A DNA stretch of 64,000 bases from a virus (taxonomy: Duplodnaviria; Caudoviricetes). Location: IMG/VR virus record IMGVR_UViG_3300020388_000010. One strand, written 5' to 3'. A model generated the notes under the pieces. It worked only from the letters and a program-made list of their open reading frames with translations, did not search any database and was not told the origin of the DNA. Positions 40,301 to 49,036 of this stretch are shown here, piece by piece (position 1 is the first letter of the stretch; every line of letters begins with the position of its first letter). The translations under genes were made by a program, and so were the position numbers.

Positions 40301-40520
40301 TAGTGGAAGTAATAAAAAATTTGGTGTTTATGTGAAAAATGAAAAAGGTAATGTAGTTAAAGTGACTTTCGGCGACCCAAATATGGAGATTAAGAGAGAC
40401 GACCCAGGCAGATTAAAAAGTTTTAGAGCAAGACATAATTGTGATAATCCAGGCCCTAAAACAAAAGCACGATACTGGAGTTGTTTTCAGTGGAGAAAAG
40501 GTGCAAAGGTTGATAATTAG
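37305..40520 (+). CDS. Multi-module protein containing a cytidylyltransferase-like (HIGH) domain
   Basis: FTFGRFNPPTTGH, VVGSDR and MSASKMR motifs; about ten further modules separated by (I/L/V)xE. Confidence 0.8.
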   Translation: MKLRELLEEEVSRKDINDLEKFADRILKKYGVDIEFTKHFVDRMNDPRNSPEIKVSELQRFFKKIQKNKARNIINNPDIQAVLKDMSTNLNLPVVIKTKGNEIEVTNKTIMRKPDFKTPNKVIKYESFRTFSEATESVVFTFGRFNPPTTGHEKLIEKVKKIAGGDDYYIFPSHSQNNKKDPLPLAKKVAYMRDMFPKHKRNIIANNKLKTVLDIAVYFHQQGYVELNMVVGSDRVAEFKKLLTTYNGQEKRHGFYDFDTIQIFSAGERDPDAEGVTGMSASKMRAAATNNDYDTFQKGLPRGFKNGNQLFKDVRKGMNLKENSKYSDEEIERDLYVRGAIYQIGDLVENINDGTSGEIIRRGTNYVQYTDGENVHKAFLHSIKETKKITKTKQDSDIKDSPGSEPAKYYAKGVGDKKGMSVSTKKARDAHFTKGAKMDDDNPNAYKPAPGDKDKKTKPSQYTKKFKQMYGEVSEKRIDPADIDDFATDDDIKAADKNIMMQLRKSVSLRGNFPVQFMDKKKVKVSSKIAQAVQSKYDSMKKASDKEKFQSKISKSYKDLLSALKEQLNINEQPKHEITVGDYTTKFFYMCGSAQTTMKKHADKEGAEELTRMQDLFYKMEKDAMDSGGASDEQKKKSQILYDKIIAKADDIGIKNEVDKYMKLHLTSMLNNKPKLGFGRTDISESLWKNIHKKRQRIKQGSGEKMRKPGEKGAPTPAQLKRAKGEETDIKEMPYYRKIYDKIHQMVHPKGYDRILKMYIQMHKQGHRNPAQALGQMVKGVNARDVAYYINGLVKKGKLPSDLAAKVDFEIDESVNLNEKIEGLVKKSQQTGVPYGILKKSYDRGLAAWKTGHRPGTTPQQWAFARVNSMLTGGKADPDLQKQARASKKKKKKESYEIGEPYARHTFDVTPGQDYEQSVKSKVASESNIQDWFERPSTRKEYQERYKDEWEEKLQETYNLMRSKISKDDLEDKYIEKLEIVESEYQGRKVKLNDPFRLPSGSNKKFGVYVKNEKGNVVKVTFGDPNMEIKRDDPGRLKSFRARHNCDNPGPKTKARYWSCFQWRKGAKVDN

Positions 40521-40528
40521 GAAAAGTT

Positions 40529-41584
40529 ATGACAACATATAGAAGAACAATGACAGAGATGTATCAACAAGTTAGGGAAAGAACACTGACTCCAAATGAG
40601 TTGAAACGCAGAGAAGAGATTGCAAAAGATTTACCTTTAAAAGATTTTGAAAAAAGATATGGTAAAGAAAAAGGTATGCAAGTTAAAATGGCAGTTGCAA
40701 CTAAAATGGCAAAAAAAGAATCTTTTGAACTTGATGAAGTATCAATGACGAATCCTCAGTCATTGTCATTAACAACAAAAGATGCCCTTGTTATAAGAGC
40801 AAAACAACTTAGAGAAAAGGGACTTGGTTTGAAAGCAAGAATAGAAATTGCAAATAAAATTGAAATTAAATCACCATCTTTATTTAAGTATTATCGTGAA
40901 TTAGAAAAAAAAGGTATTAAAAAGGGGCCTGAAGTTAAGAAGTTTGATAAACAACTTATGTCTGCACTTGCAAAGAAGTTTGGACAAGATATTGCAAAGA
41001 AAACAGAGAAGGCACTAAAAGAAGAACTTAATGAAGATGGACATAGTGATGTTCCATCAATGATTAGAAAATGTAAAACAGTTATTGAAGATGCAAATGA
41101 GATTATGAGTAAACTAAACTCTATGGACAAGGAAGGTTCACTACCAACTTGGTGGACTAATAAACTTGCAGTTGCATCAAACAGTATGAATAAAATGAGA
41201 GATTATATTCTGAACCCTATTGAAGAAAGTGTTATTATGGAAAAAGAAGGTGATTTAGAGGATATGAAAAAAGTTGTTGAAGAACTTAAAGGTGCATCTA
41301 AAATGCATTTAGGTCAAGCAGTTCGTATTGATAAATTAGATTTAGAAAACAAAACACTAGATACTATTTGTGATGAATTAAGAGGTGCATCTAAAATGCA
41401 TTTAGGCCAATCCAAAAGAGTTCAAGCACATATTAATATGATGGAAGGTGATGCTACTGATGCAGCCAAAGAATTGATTAATAGAGAAAAAGAGAGAATG
41501 AAAGATAAACACGACACAATTATGCAAAGAGCAAAAATTAAAGATGTTACTGATGCGAGTCGTGAGAAACAAGGAGAAAATTAA
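40529..41584 (+). CDS. Modular hypothetical protein
   Basis: Modules delimited by VRE, ELDE, LNE; internal repeat GASKMHLGQ. Confidence 0.65.
   Translation: MTTYRRTMTEMYQQVRERTLTPNELKRREEIAKDLPLKDFEKRYGKEKGMQVKMAVATKMAKKESFELDEVSMTNPQSLSLTTKDALVIRAKQLREKGLGLKARIEIANKIEIKSPSLFKYYRELEKKGIKKGPEVKKFDKQLMSALAKKFGQDIAKKTEKALKEELNEDGHSDVPSMIRKCKTVIEDANEIMSKLNSMDKEGSLPTWWTNKLAVASNSMNKMRDYILNPIEESVIMEKEGDLEDMKKVVEELKGASKMHLGQAVRIDKLDLENKTLDTICDELRGASKMHLGQSKRVQAHINMMEGDATDAAKELINREKERMKDKHDTIMQRAKIKDVTDASREKQGEN
41291..41406 (+). repeat. 23-nt intragenic direct repeat
   Basis: GGTGCATCTAAAATGCATTTAGG at 41291 and 41384. Confidence 0.85.
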
Positions 41585-42363
41585 TGACAAAGTATTTTGA
41601 TACAAAAAATGGAACTTTGGAAAATGCCGTGTTATCTGTTTACGAGAAAAAATTAGACCCAGTAAATAAAAACGCTGTAAAGAAAAAGTTTGACGATAGA
41701 AAAGATAAAGATATTGATAATGATGGAGATGTGGATTCAACAGATAAATTTCTTCACAAAAGAAGAAAAGCAATCACTAAAGCGATTGAAAAAGAAGGTA
41801 ATATGTTTACTATGAAACTTGCACAAGCAAGAAAAAATGGTGACGATGAAATGGTTGTTTCTGGTAAAAAATATAAAGTAAAAGATGTTGAAGGAACTGT
41901 AAAGGAGTTAAAAATGTCTAAAAATGAAAACGCATATTTTAGAGTTGATACTATGAGAGATGCTCTAAAAAAAGTATGGGGTGATGCAGTAAAAGAATCT
42001 GTTGAACCTAAAAAAGAATCTCTAGAAGAAAAGAAACTAGAAGATTCACCTAACCCAGCTAACCAATGGCATATGTGTGCAAAAAATGTAGTACACGAAA
42101 AATGGGGTAGGGGTAATACAATACACTCTATGCACGCCGACCCAGATAAAAAAGGTATGGTTGAATGGTATGATATTTGGTTTCAACACGGAATTGAAAA
42201 ACAAGTTCCAACTAAAGATTTGGAAATAGTTCACGAAGAAGGACACGAAAACCATAAGAAAGATAAAGATAAAAAACTTATGGGTAAAAAAATGCATAAG
42301 ACTATGACTGGTAAACCAATGTCAGATATTGAAACTTCTAAAGAAGAAAAAAAATCTGCATAG
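41584..42363 (+). CDS. Modular hypothetical protein with DxDxDG motif
   Basis: DKDIDNDGDVDSTD; C-terminal beta-rich module. Confidence 0.65.
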   Translation: MTKYFDTKNGTLENAVLSVYEKKLDPVNKNAVKKKFDDRKDKDIDNDGDVDSTDKFLHKRRKAITKAIEKEGNMFTMKLAQARKNGDDEMVVSGKKYKVKDVEGTVKELKMSKNENAYFRVDTMRDALKKVWGDAVKESVEPKKESLEEKKLEDSPNPANQWHMCAKNVVHEKWGRGNTIHSMHADPDKKGMVEWYDIWFQHGIEKQVPTKDLEIVHEEGHENHKKDKDKKLMGKKMHKTMTGKPMSDIETSKEEKKSA

Positions 42364-42416
42364 GGTTGACAAGTTACGATAGTATGTTATAATAACAGAA
42401 TGAAAAGAGAGGTAAA

Positions 42417-42944
42417 GTGAAAAATTTTTATGATGTTTATAATTCTACATTAAGTGAGAAAGAGGAATTACCAACACTATTTTGCGATATGGATATGGTG
42501 TTGGTTGATTTTTTAGGAGGTGCCGATAAAGAAGTCGGTCAAACCTTTGTAAAAATGGATAATGCAAAAAGATGGGCAACTATTCACAAGAATAAATCCT
42601 TTTGGGAAAACTTAGAATGGATGCCTGGAGCAAAGAGATTATGGAGTTTCGTTAATAAATATGGTTCACATATATTATCTGCATATTCAACAAAAGATAG
42701 TAATTGTGTGCCTGGTAAAATGAAATGGTTGAGAAAGAATTTGAGTTTAACACAGAGAAGCCGTATACATTTAGTAAGGCGTTCTCAAAAACAAGATTTT
42801 GCAATGACAAACAATAAACCTAATGTTTTAATTGATGACCACGCTAAAAATATTAAAGAGTGGAAATCAAAAGGTGGTATCGGAATACATCATATGTCTG
42901 TGAGTACAACATTAAACGAATTGAAAAAATTAGGTTATAAATAG
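42417..42944 (+). CDS. HAD-family 5'(3')-deoxyribonucleotidase-like protein
   Basis: FCDMDMVLVDF, ILSA, K, VLIDD...W...GGIGIHH; upstream TTGACA/TATAAT promoter. Confidence 0.82.
   Translation: MKNFYDVYNSTLSEKEELPTLFCDMDMVLVDFLGGADKEVGQTFVKMDNAKRWATIHKNKSFWENLEWMPGAKRLWSFVNKYGSHILSAYSTKDSNCVPGKMKWLRKNLSLTQRSRIHLVRRSQKQDFAMTNNKPNVLIDDHAKNIKEWKSKGGIGIHHMSVSTTLNELKKLGYK
42936..42943 (+). promoter_or_regulatory. Late promoter TATAAATA
   Basis: Exact consensus before the structural gene at 42969. Confidence 0.75.
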
Positions 42945-42968
42945 TTATAAAACTATAAGGAGAAAACA

Positions 42969-44489
42969 ATGAGTTTATGGAGTATGAATGATGGCTCCGC
43001 TTTATCTGGTACTCACACTTACACGAATGGAAGTGCGATTGTACAAGCTAATGCAAGTGGAGCATACAAAACCGAAGTAAAAATCGGTGATGTAGTTACT
43101 ACAGCTGGTGGAGAAAAAGTGAGAGTAAAAGACCTTACACCACCTAGAACAGTTGCTACATCTGCTGTAAACGCAAGTAATGAAAGAATTACCATTACTT
43201 CACACGGATATACTGCAAACACACCACTCACATATAGTGCAGCTGGTGGAACTGCAATCGCTGGAATCACAGACGGACAAATCGTATTTGTTAAAACTGT
43301 TCACGATGCAAACACAATAGATGTATCTGCAACAGAAGGCGGTTCAGTAATTAATATAACTGGAACTGGTAATAATTCACAAACATTTATTGGTGAAACA
43401 AATACTGGTATGACATTAACATCTGATTTTGGTGGAAGCACAGAAAGTGGTGTTGCCGCAACTGTATCAAGACCACCAATAAACGGACACGGTGGAACTA
43501 TTGATAGCACCGTATTTGGTATAGATGAAGGTGAATCTGTTGCTGGTGTTGATAATGTGACTGATATTGCATTAACATCAACTACTGGTGCAAGATATGT
43601 ACAAGCACCAACTATTACTGTTGCAGGGCCAACTGCAAGAGTTCTTACAACTGCAAATGTTTCACTTGCAAACGATACATTTACCATTACAGGCCACAAT
43701 ATGAGAACTGGTACATCTATAACTTATAATAGTCAAGGTGGAACTAATCTTGCACAAAATAGTGGTAACATTACAGATGATACTGAATTATTTGTTATTC
43801 GTGTAGATGCAGACACTATTAAGTTAGCAAGTTCACTTTCTAATGCAGAAGCTGGTACTGCACTTGATATGACTGGTGGTTCTGGTAATGTTGGTAATAA
43901 CTCACAAACATTAACTGGTACTACTGCAACTGCAACTGCAACAGTTTCTGGTGGAGCTGTTTCTGCAATTACTGTAACAGCAGTAGGTTCTGATTATCAA
44001 TCTACACCAGCTGTAACAGTTGAAGCACCAAAAATGACAATTCCAACTGGTAATGTAAATGCTGGTACTAATGTAATCACATTTACTGGACACGGACTAA
44101 CAGATGCTGACCAAATCACTTACAACCAAGTAGGTGGTGGAACTTTAATGACCAATGTAACTAACGGACAAACTGTATTTGTTAGAGATAAAACTGACGA
44201 TACCTTTAAGATTGCAGCTACTGAAGGTGGAACTGCGATTAACATTGGTACTGGTCATAGTGCTCAAACATTTACTATTGTAACTGGTGCAACAACAGCA
44301 ACTGCTGTAGCTTCAACTGGTTTAGGTAATGACGGTGATAGTAACACCACAGAACTTAGCCATGTAGGTTGGGTTAAGAAAACAGTAGGTACTGGTGGTC
44401 GTGCTGGTAGAGTTCAATATGAAACTCTAGTTGCTGCTTCAAGTATTTCTGGTGATGCTGCTGATGATATCGCACTACCAGATAGCTAG
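42969..44489 (+). CDS. Virion structural (fibre/decoration) protein with three beta-rich repeats
   Basis: Thr/Gly/Ala-rich; repeats ITSHGY, ITGHNM, FTGHGL; late promoter. Confidence 0.75.
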   Translation: MSLWSMNDGSALSGTHTYTNGSAIVQANASGAYKTEVKIGDVVTTAGGEKVRVKDLTPPRTVATSAVNASNERITITSHGYTANTPLTYSAAGGTAIAGITDGQIVFVKTVHDANTIDVSATEGGSVINITGTGNNSQTFIGETNTGMTLTSDFGGSTESGVAATVSRPPINGHGGTIDSTVFGIDEGESVAGVDNVTDIALTSTTGARYVQAPTITVAGPTARVLTTANVSLANDTFTITGHNMRTGTSITYNSQGGTNLAQNSGNITDDTELFVIRVDADTIKLASSLSNAEAGTALDMTGGSGNVGNNSQTLTGTTATATATVSGGAVSAITVTAVGSDYQSTPAVTVEAPKMTIPTGNVNAGTNVITFTGHGLTDADQITYNQVGGGTLMTNVTNGQTVFVRDKTDDTFKIAATEGGTAINIGTGHSAQTFTIVTGATTATAVASTGLGNDGDSNTTELSHVGWVKKTVGTGGRAGRVQYETLVAASSISGDAADDIALPDS

Positions 44490-44512
44490 AATCTAAATTA
44501 TAGGAGTATATT

Positions 44513-44749
44513 ATGTCTTTAGAATTAAAAGATATTGAAACGAGAAAACAAGAATTACAAGTTGAATTATCAAAGGTAGAGAATCAACTTGTAGAGGCAC
44601 TCAAAAAAGTAGAGTCGTTGAAACAAACTAAATTCTCTATCGCTGGTGCCATAGCGCTTTGTAATGAATTCGGTGAGAAAACTGATGTCGGAAAAGATGA
44701 AAATTCTGATGCCGACAGTAACATTCCCCACACTATTGCTGGGGTTTAG
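44513..44749 (+). CDS. Small coiled-coil protein
   Basis: Heptad pattern, AGGAG RBS. Confidence 0.6.
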   Translation: MSLELKDIETRKQELQVELSKVENQLVEALKKVESLKQTKFSIAGAIALCNEFGEKTDVGKDENSDADSNIPHTIAGV

Positions 44750-44766
44750 ACCATAGGAGATAAAAT

Positions 44767-45231
44767 ATGGCTGATAAGAAAATTACTGCGTTAACAGACT
44801 TAGGGTCTGGTATCGCAACTGCTGATTTATTTCACATTGTAGATGACCCAACTGGTACACCTATCAATAAGAAAATTTCAGCTGCGAATGTATTTAACTA
44901 TATTCCAACATTTATTGCAACTAACAGTACAGAAGCACTAACTAATACTTCTACTGCTGTTTCAGTTTCTACTGCTGTTTCAACAGTTGATTCATCTGGT
45001 GGTGCAGTAACTGTAACACTTGCAGCTGGTGTAACTGGTCAGTTGAAGACAATTATTTGTACTACTGCTGGTAATAACATCACTGTAACTCCTGCCGCCA
45101 CAGTTGGTTCTGGTACTACTGTTGTACTAGATGCCGCTGGTGAATCAGTATCATTAATGTATACTGGTACTGCTTGGGCTGCAGTTGCAACTTCATCTTT
45201 CGCAACAAGTATTGCAACAGTCATTCAGTAA
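44767..45231 (+). CDS. Virion structural protein
   Basis: [13 protein letters not shown]-terminus; Thr/Ala/Val-rich beta domain. Confidence 0.7.
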   Translation: MADKKITALTDLGSGIATADLFHIVDDPTGTPINKKISAANVFNYIPTFIATNSTEALTNTSTAVSVSTAVSTVDSSGGAVTVTLAAGVTGQLKTIICTTAGNNITVTPAATVGSGTTVVLDAAGESVSLMYTGTAWAAVATSSFATSIATVIQ

Positions 45232-45404
45232 TGTCTGACTTAAAGATGAAAAGTAAAAAGATGGGTGACCATCTTGATACTATGTTGAAAAAATATAAGA
45301 GAGGTGAAAAAATAGGTTTCACCGCTCTTGCAAGACTAAAGGCACGAGGTTTAATTCCTCGTGCTGATGGTTCAAAGAAAAAAGGTAAATTAGGGAAATC
45401 ATAA
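45231..45404 (+). CDS. Small basic hypothetical protein
   Basis: TAATG coupling on both sides; KIGFTALARLKARGLIPR. Confidence 0.6.
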   Translation: MSDLKMKSKKMGDHLDTMLKKYKRGEKIGFTALARLKARGLIPRADGSKKKGKLGKS

Positions 45405-45835
45405 TGATAGATTTTAAACAGTATATTACTGAACTAAAGGGAACAAAACCCGCTAACTCTAATGCACAACACGACTCCGACCACGATATGGTTGATGTGT
45501 CTGATGATGGTGTTGTTAGAAAACTTAATTCATTTTTGGGTTGTATTGCCGAAATGGATCATATGTTACCAGAACAAACTATTAGTGTTGTGAGAAGAAG
45601 ACTTGCAAGTATTGGATTAACATTTCCAAATATTGATGTAGTAGAAGATTCTGGAAACATATCTGCACCGTTAACACAATTCGGTGGTAGATTTGGTAAA
45701 GACATTGACACACCTCACAATGAGTTTGTTAATGATGATGGTATTTCACATAGAGTTGAAGGTGGTCGTTCCATTAATTTTGTTTATGAAAAAAAAGAAA
45801 ATGGAAAATTCAAGGTCACTGCCGAAATTAAATAA
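45404..45835 (+). CDS. Hypothetical protein with internal-protein-like N-terminus
   Basis: MIDFKQYITE. Confidence 0.6.
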   Translation: MIDFKQYITELKGTKPANSNAQHDSDHDMVDVSDDGVVRKLNSFLGCIAEMDHMLPEQTISVVRRRLASIGLTFPNIDVVEDSGNISAPLTQFGGRFGKDIDTPHNEFVNDDGISHRVEGGRSINFVYEKKENGKFKVTAEIK

Positions 45836-46197
45836 TGTTTGAGAAAATAACTGTTGATAATGTTATGATGTATGCGATGAAACATTATAATAATCCTCAA
45901 GGGGATAATGAAAAAGAATTTCTTGATGATATGAAGAGATTCAAATATATTAAGAGATTGTTGAGAAAATATCAAGACAATGGGCCTTTGAAAGAACGAT
46001 TGATTTTAAATCACATAATTGTTTTAAATAATGTCTTTGGTGCAGATGCGTGTTCAACACTTTTATTATTTAAATTAGAAACTTCGTTATGGAAATATAT
46101 AAAACCATTTATGGAATTTTTAAAAATTCTTCCAGAATGTGAGTTAAAAAATATAGAGAATGACGAAAAAGTAGAAAGTATTTTAAGGAATATTTAA
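45835..46197 (+). CDS. Conserved T4-like hypothetical protein
   Basis: YAMKHYNNP, DMKRFKYIKRLL and RLILNHIIVLNNVFG motifs. Confidence 0.75.
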   Translation: MFEKITVDNVMMYAMKHYNNPQGDNEKEFLDDMKRFKYIKRLLRKYQDNGPLKERLILNHIIVLNNVFGADACSTLLLFKLETSLWKYIKPFMEFLKILPECELKNIENDEKVESILRNI

Positions 46198-46835
46198 TGG
46201 GAACTGCGATAGATTTATTTGTAACTTATAGGTTTATTAAATTATTAGTAACACCTTTTGAAAAAACTGATGCATTTAAACTTGGTATTATTAACGAAAA
46301 GGGTTTACGACAAGTCGTGCCTGGAACAACAAAACCAACACCTCTTTCAACAATCAAAGAAAGAAATGCATATACTGTTCTCCACAAGTTAGTATTCAAT
46401 ATTAAAAGAATTTTTGCAAGAGTGCCTGGACTAGGTTCTAAAGTTGGAACTTATGCAGCTGCACTTTTTTTATTAAAGGACACATTCAAAGAGGGTGTTG
46501 ACCCTAAAATGTTTGAAAGAGAATTTTTAAAGTTTATAAAAGAAAATGATATTAAACTAGATGACACGATTACTGAAGAAGTTGATTTAGTTGATGGAAA
46601 ATTACCAAAAGGTGTTTATAAACTGTCAAATGATATTATAAAAGATGATGATGAAGACATACCATTACTAAAAAAAGATGATGATGTGGAAACATTAGAG
46701 GACACATTACCATCTGATACAGTATTAGGTGTTCCAGTTTTTGCAGTCCTACATACTAATAGTAATAGTAAGATTTTTGTAAGTATGGATGATATTGAAC
46801 CAGTATCAGTAGAAGATGCATTAGGAGAAATTTAA
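46197..46835 (+). CDS. Conserved T4-like hypothetical protein
   Basis: YRFIKLLVTPFEKTDAFKLGII and HKLVFNIKR motifs. Confidence 0.7.
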   Translation: MGTAIDLFVTYRFIKLLVTPFEKTDAFKLGIINEKGLRQVVPGTTKPTPLSTIKERNAYTVLHKLVFNIKRIFARVPGLGSKVGTYAAALFLLKDTFKEGVDPKMFEREFLKFIKENDIKLDDTITEEVDLVDGKLPKGVYKLSNDIIKDDDEDIPLLKKDDDVETLEDTLPSDTVLGVPVFAVLHTNSNSKIFVSMDDIEPVSVEDALGEI

Positions 46836-48700
46836 TGGATAAGAAAAAATATGTAAGAGTAGACCCTTTCACTGGATTCCCAGAGAAAGATGTAAAAGAA
46901 GATGCACCGACAACATCTACTGCTGGTGTTGCAGCCACTGGTGATGACCCAACAGTTGTTATGAAAAAGAAAAAGAAAAAATTATATGATGGTAGAACAT
47001 CTATTGCAAAGAAATTTGTTGAAAGAATATTAAAACAAAGAGAAGCAAGGAGAGTTGCAGAAGAAGTTGAACTTGAAGAAAAAGTAAAACAACCTAGACA
47101 ATTAATTAATCCAAGTAAAGAAGCTATGGTTGTAAAAAATAATAAAGTTATCGTAGTTGATAAAAAAGATTTAAAACAATACACATCAAAAGGTTGGTCT
47201 CTTGCAGAAGATATTGAACTTGATGAAATGCGAGGTATATATGTTGTTCGTAATGATAATGGTAGAATGATTGCAAAAAATAAAAACAGAAATGCGATTG
47301 ATAAAGAGAGAAAAAAGTACGAAACACAAACTGGTAACAAAACTACAATGAATATTGAAAAAGAACCAGTTCCAGATTTAAAAGAAGGCACTGAACTTGA
47401 AGAGGCACTAAAACCAAAAGATAAAAAAGTTGTAGATGCATTTTATGATGGTAAATCTATGAAAGGTGATACACTATCCACAGATGGTAAAAAACTAGAA
47501 AAAAGTGGTTTGGGTGCTCAAACTATTGCAACTTCATCTGGTGGCAAATTTAAGGTTGTTGCAAAGATGGACGGAAAACATACTCAGTCAGTAGTTTCAT
47601 ATATTAAAAAATCATTTCCTAAAAATGTAGTAGAAGAGATTACAGAAGGAACTATGGCTAGTGGTCTTTTTTCAAATAACCCAGAAACATCAAACAAATC
47701 TGGTTATGAATTAACTAAGTTTTTTAAGAAAAAACCTAATGCAAAACAAGCATATGATTTTGTAGATAGACACATTCCAGATGATGAATTAGGTGATGAT
47801 ATAGCTGCACTTGCTGGTGAATTAGATGATGCACCAGGCAGATTGAAAGACTTTCCATATAAAAAACAAAAGAAAGCATATAGTAAAATTGACCCAAGAA
47901 GTGTTGTCTTAAATAGACTTGCAGATTTTACTGATGACAAAAATGCAATGTTGTTAGTTAAAACACTTATGAATATGGGTGTTAAACCAATTAAATTAGG
48001 TACTGGTAGGGCTGGTAAAGGTGAGTATGACCCTATAAAGATGAAAATTAATCCTAGTAAAATAGATGCAATCTTAAAAAAATTTGGTGTGTCAGACCCC
48101 AAACAAATTACATTCAAGGAAGAAACAATGGAAATAACAGAAGAAGTTATGACACTTAAAACAAAAGATAGTGTTATGGGACTTAAAGTATTTAATGGTG
48201 CAAAGGGTTTAGGTTTAAAAGCTGCACTCTTAGGAAAATATGTAAGAGTTAAAGGTAGTAAAAAACAAGTAAACGATTTTGGAAGAACAGTTATTGGTAA
48301 ATCATCAATGGGTAGTCCTACTGAATTAAATCCCCCTCAACTAGATCAAATACCACAAGAAGATAGAATGTTAAATAAAAGGTTGAAAGAAGAACTAGAA
48401 ATTCAAACAACATTTACTGCATCTATTCTAGAAAAAGTAAATGACTTTGGAAACGAACACGAACTTGTGGAAACTAATTTAAAAGTTTTACAAAACATTG
48501 TGAAGAAAAAACAAAATCAAAAAGTTAAGTTCAAAGACAAACAGGCAACTGTTGACTTATTTACTGCAAGTGCAATTATGAAAGTATATGATGCCGTAAA
48601 ACCAGATAATAAAAAGAAAATAGAAAAATTGATGAACGGAACACTTGTTGATTTTTTAAAGTTACAAAAGTTTGCAATGAAACAAGTGAAGTTTGCGTAG
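46835..48700 (+). CDS. Modular polyprotein-like hypothetical protein
   Basis: Basic modules separated by EEVELEE, EDIELDE, EGTELEE, EEITE, EITE, ELVE. Confidence 0.7.
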   Translation: MDKKKYVRVDPFTGFPEKDVKEDAPTTSTAGVAATGDDPTVVMKKKKKKLYDGRTSIAKKFVERILKQREARRVAEEVELEEKVKQPRQLINPSKEAMVVKNNKVIVVDKKDLKQYTSKGWSLAEDIELDEMRGIYVVRNDNGRMIAKNKNRNAIDKERKKYETQTGNKTTMNIEKEPVPDLKEGTELEEALKPKDKKVVDAFYDGKSMKGDTLSTDGKKLEKSGLGAQTIATSSGGKFKVVAKMDGKHTQSVVSYIKKSFPKNVVEEITEGTMASGLFSNNPETSNKSGYELTKFFKKKPNAKQAYDFVDRHIPDDELGDDIAALAGELDDAPGRLKDFPYKKQKKAYSKIDPRSVVLNRLADFTDDKNAMLLVKTLMNMGVKPIKLGTGRAGKGEYDPIKMKINPSKIDAILKKFGVSDPKQITFKEETMEITEEVMTLKTKDSVMGLKVFNGAKGLGLKAALLGKYVRVKGSKKQVNDFGRTVIGKSSMGSPTELNPPQLDQIPQEDRMLNKRLKEELEIQTTFTASILEKVNDFGNEHELVETNLKVLQNIVKKKQNQKVKFKDKQATVDLFTASAIMKVYDAVKPDNKKKIEKLMNGTLVDFLKLQKFAMKQVKFA

Positions 48701-48706
48701 GTTGAT

Positions 48707-49036
48707 ATGAAAAAGTTTAAAGAATATTACAACTTTCCTTATGCAGATTTAACTTCTAAACCTATGGCTGATTTAAATGCATCTAAGTTTAGTAATGATA
48801 TGATTAACAAACTTAGAAAAGCATATGAACCATTAAAAGGTAAAAAGATTAATCCAACACCTTTAATGAAAATATTTGATAAGATTGATTCAAATAAAGA
48901 TGGTTTAATTCAATTATATAAAGCAGATATACCTTTTGTTAGTACAATGGCTATGTCAAGACTTATGTTAAAACACAATTATAAAGCATCTGATATAAAC
49001 AAACTTGGTAAAATTAGAATGGAAGATTTTAAGTAA
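48707..49036 (+). CDS. Hypothetical protein
   Basis: MKKFKEY N-terminus. Confidence 0.6.
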   Translation: MKKFKEYYNFPYADLTSKPMADLNASKFSNDMINKLRKAYEPLKGKKINPTPLMKIFDKIDSNKDGLIQLYKADIPFVSTMAMSRLMLKHNYKASDINKLGKIRMEDFK

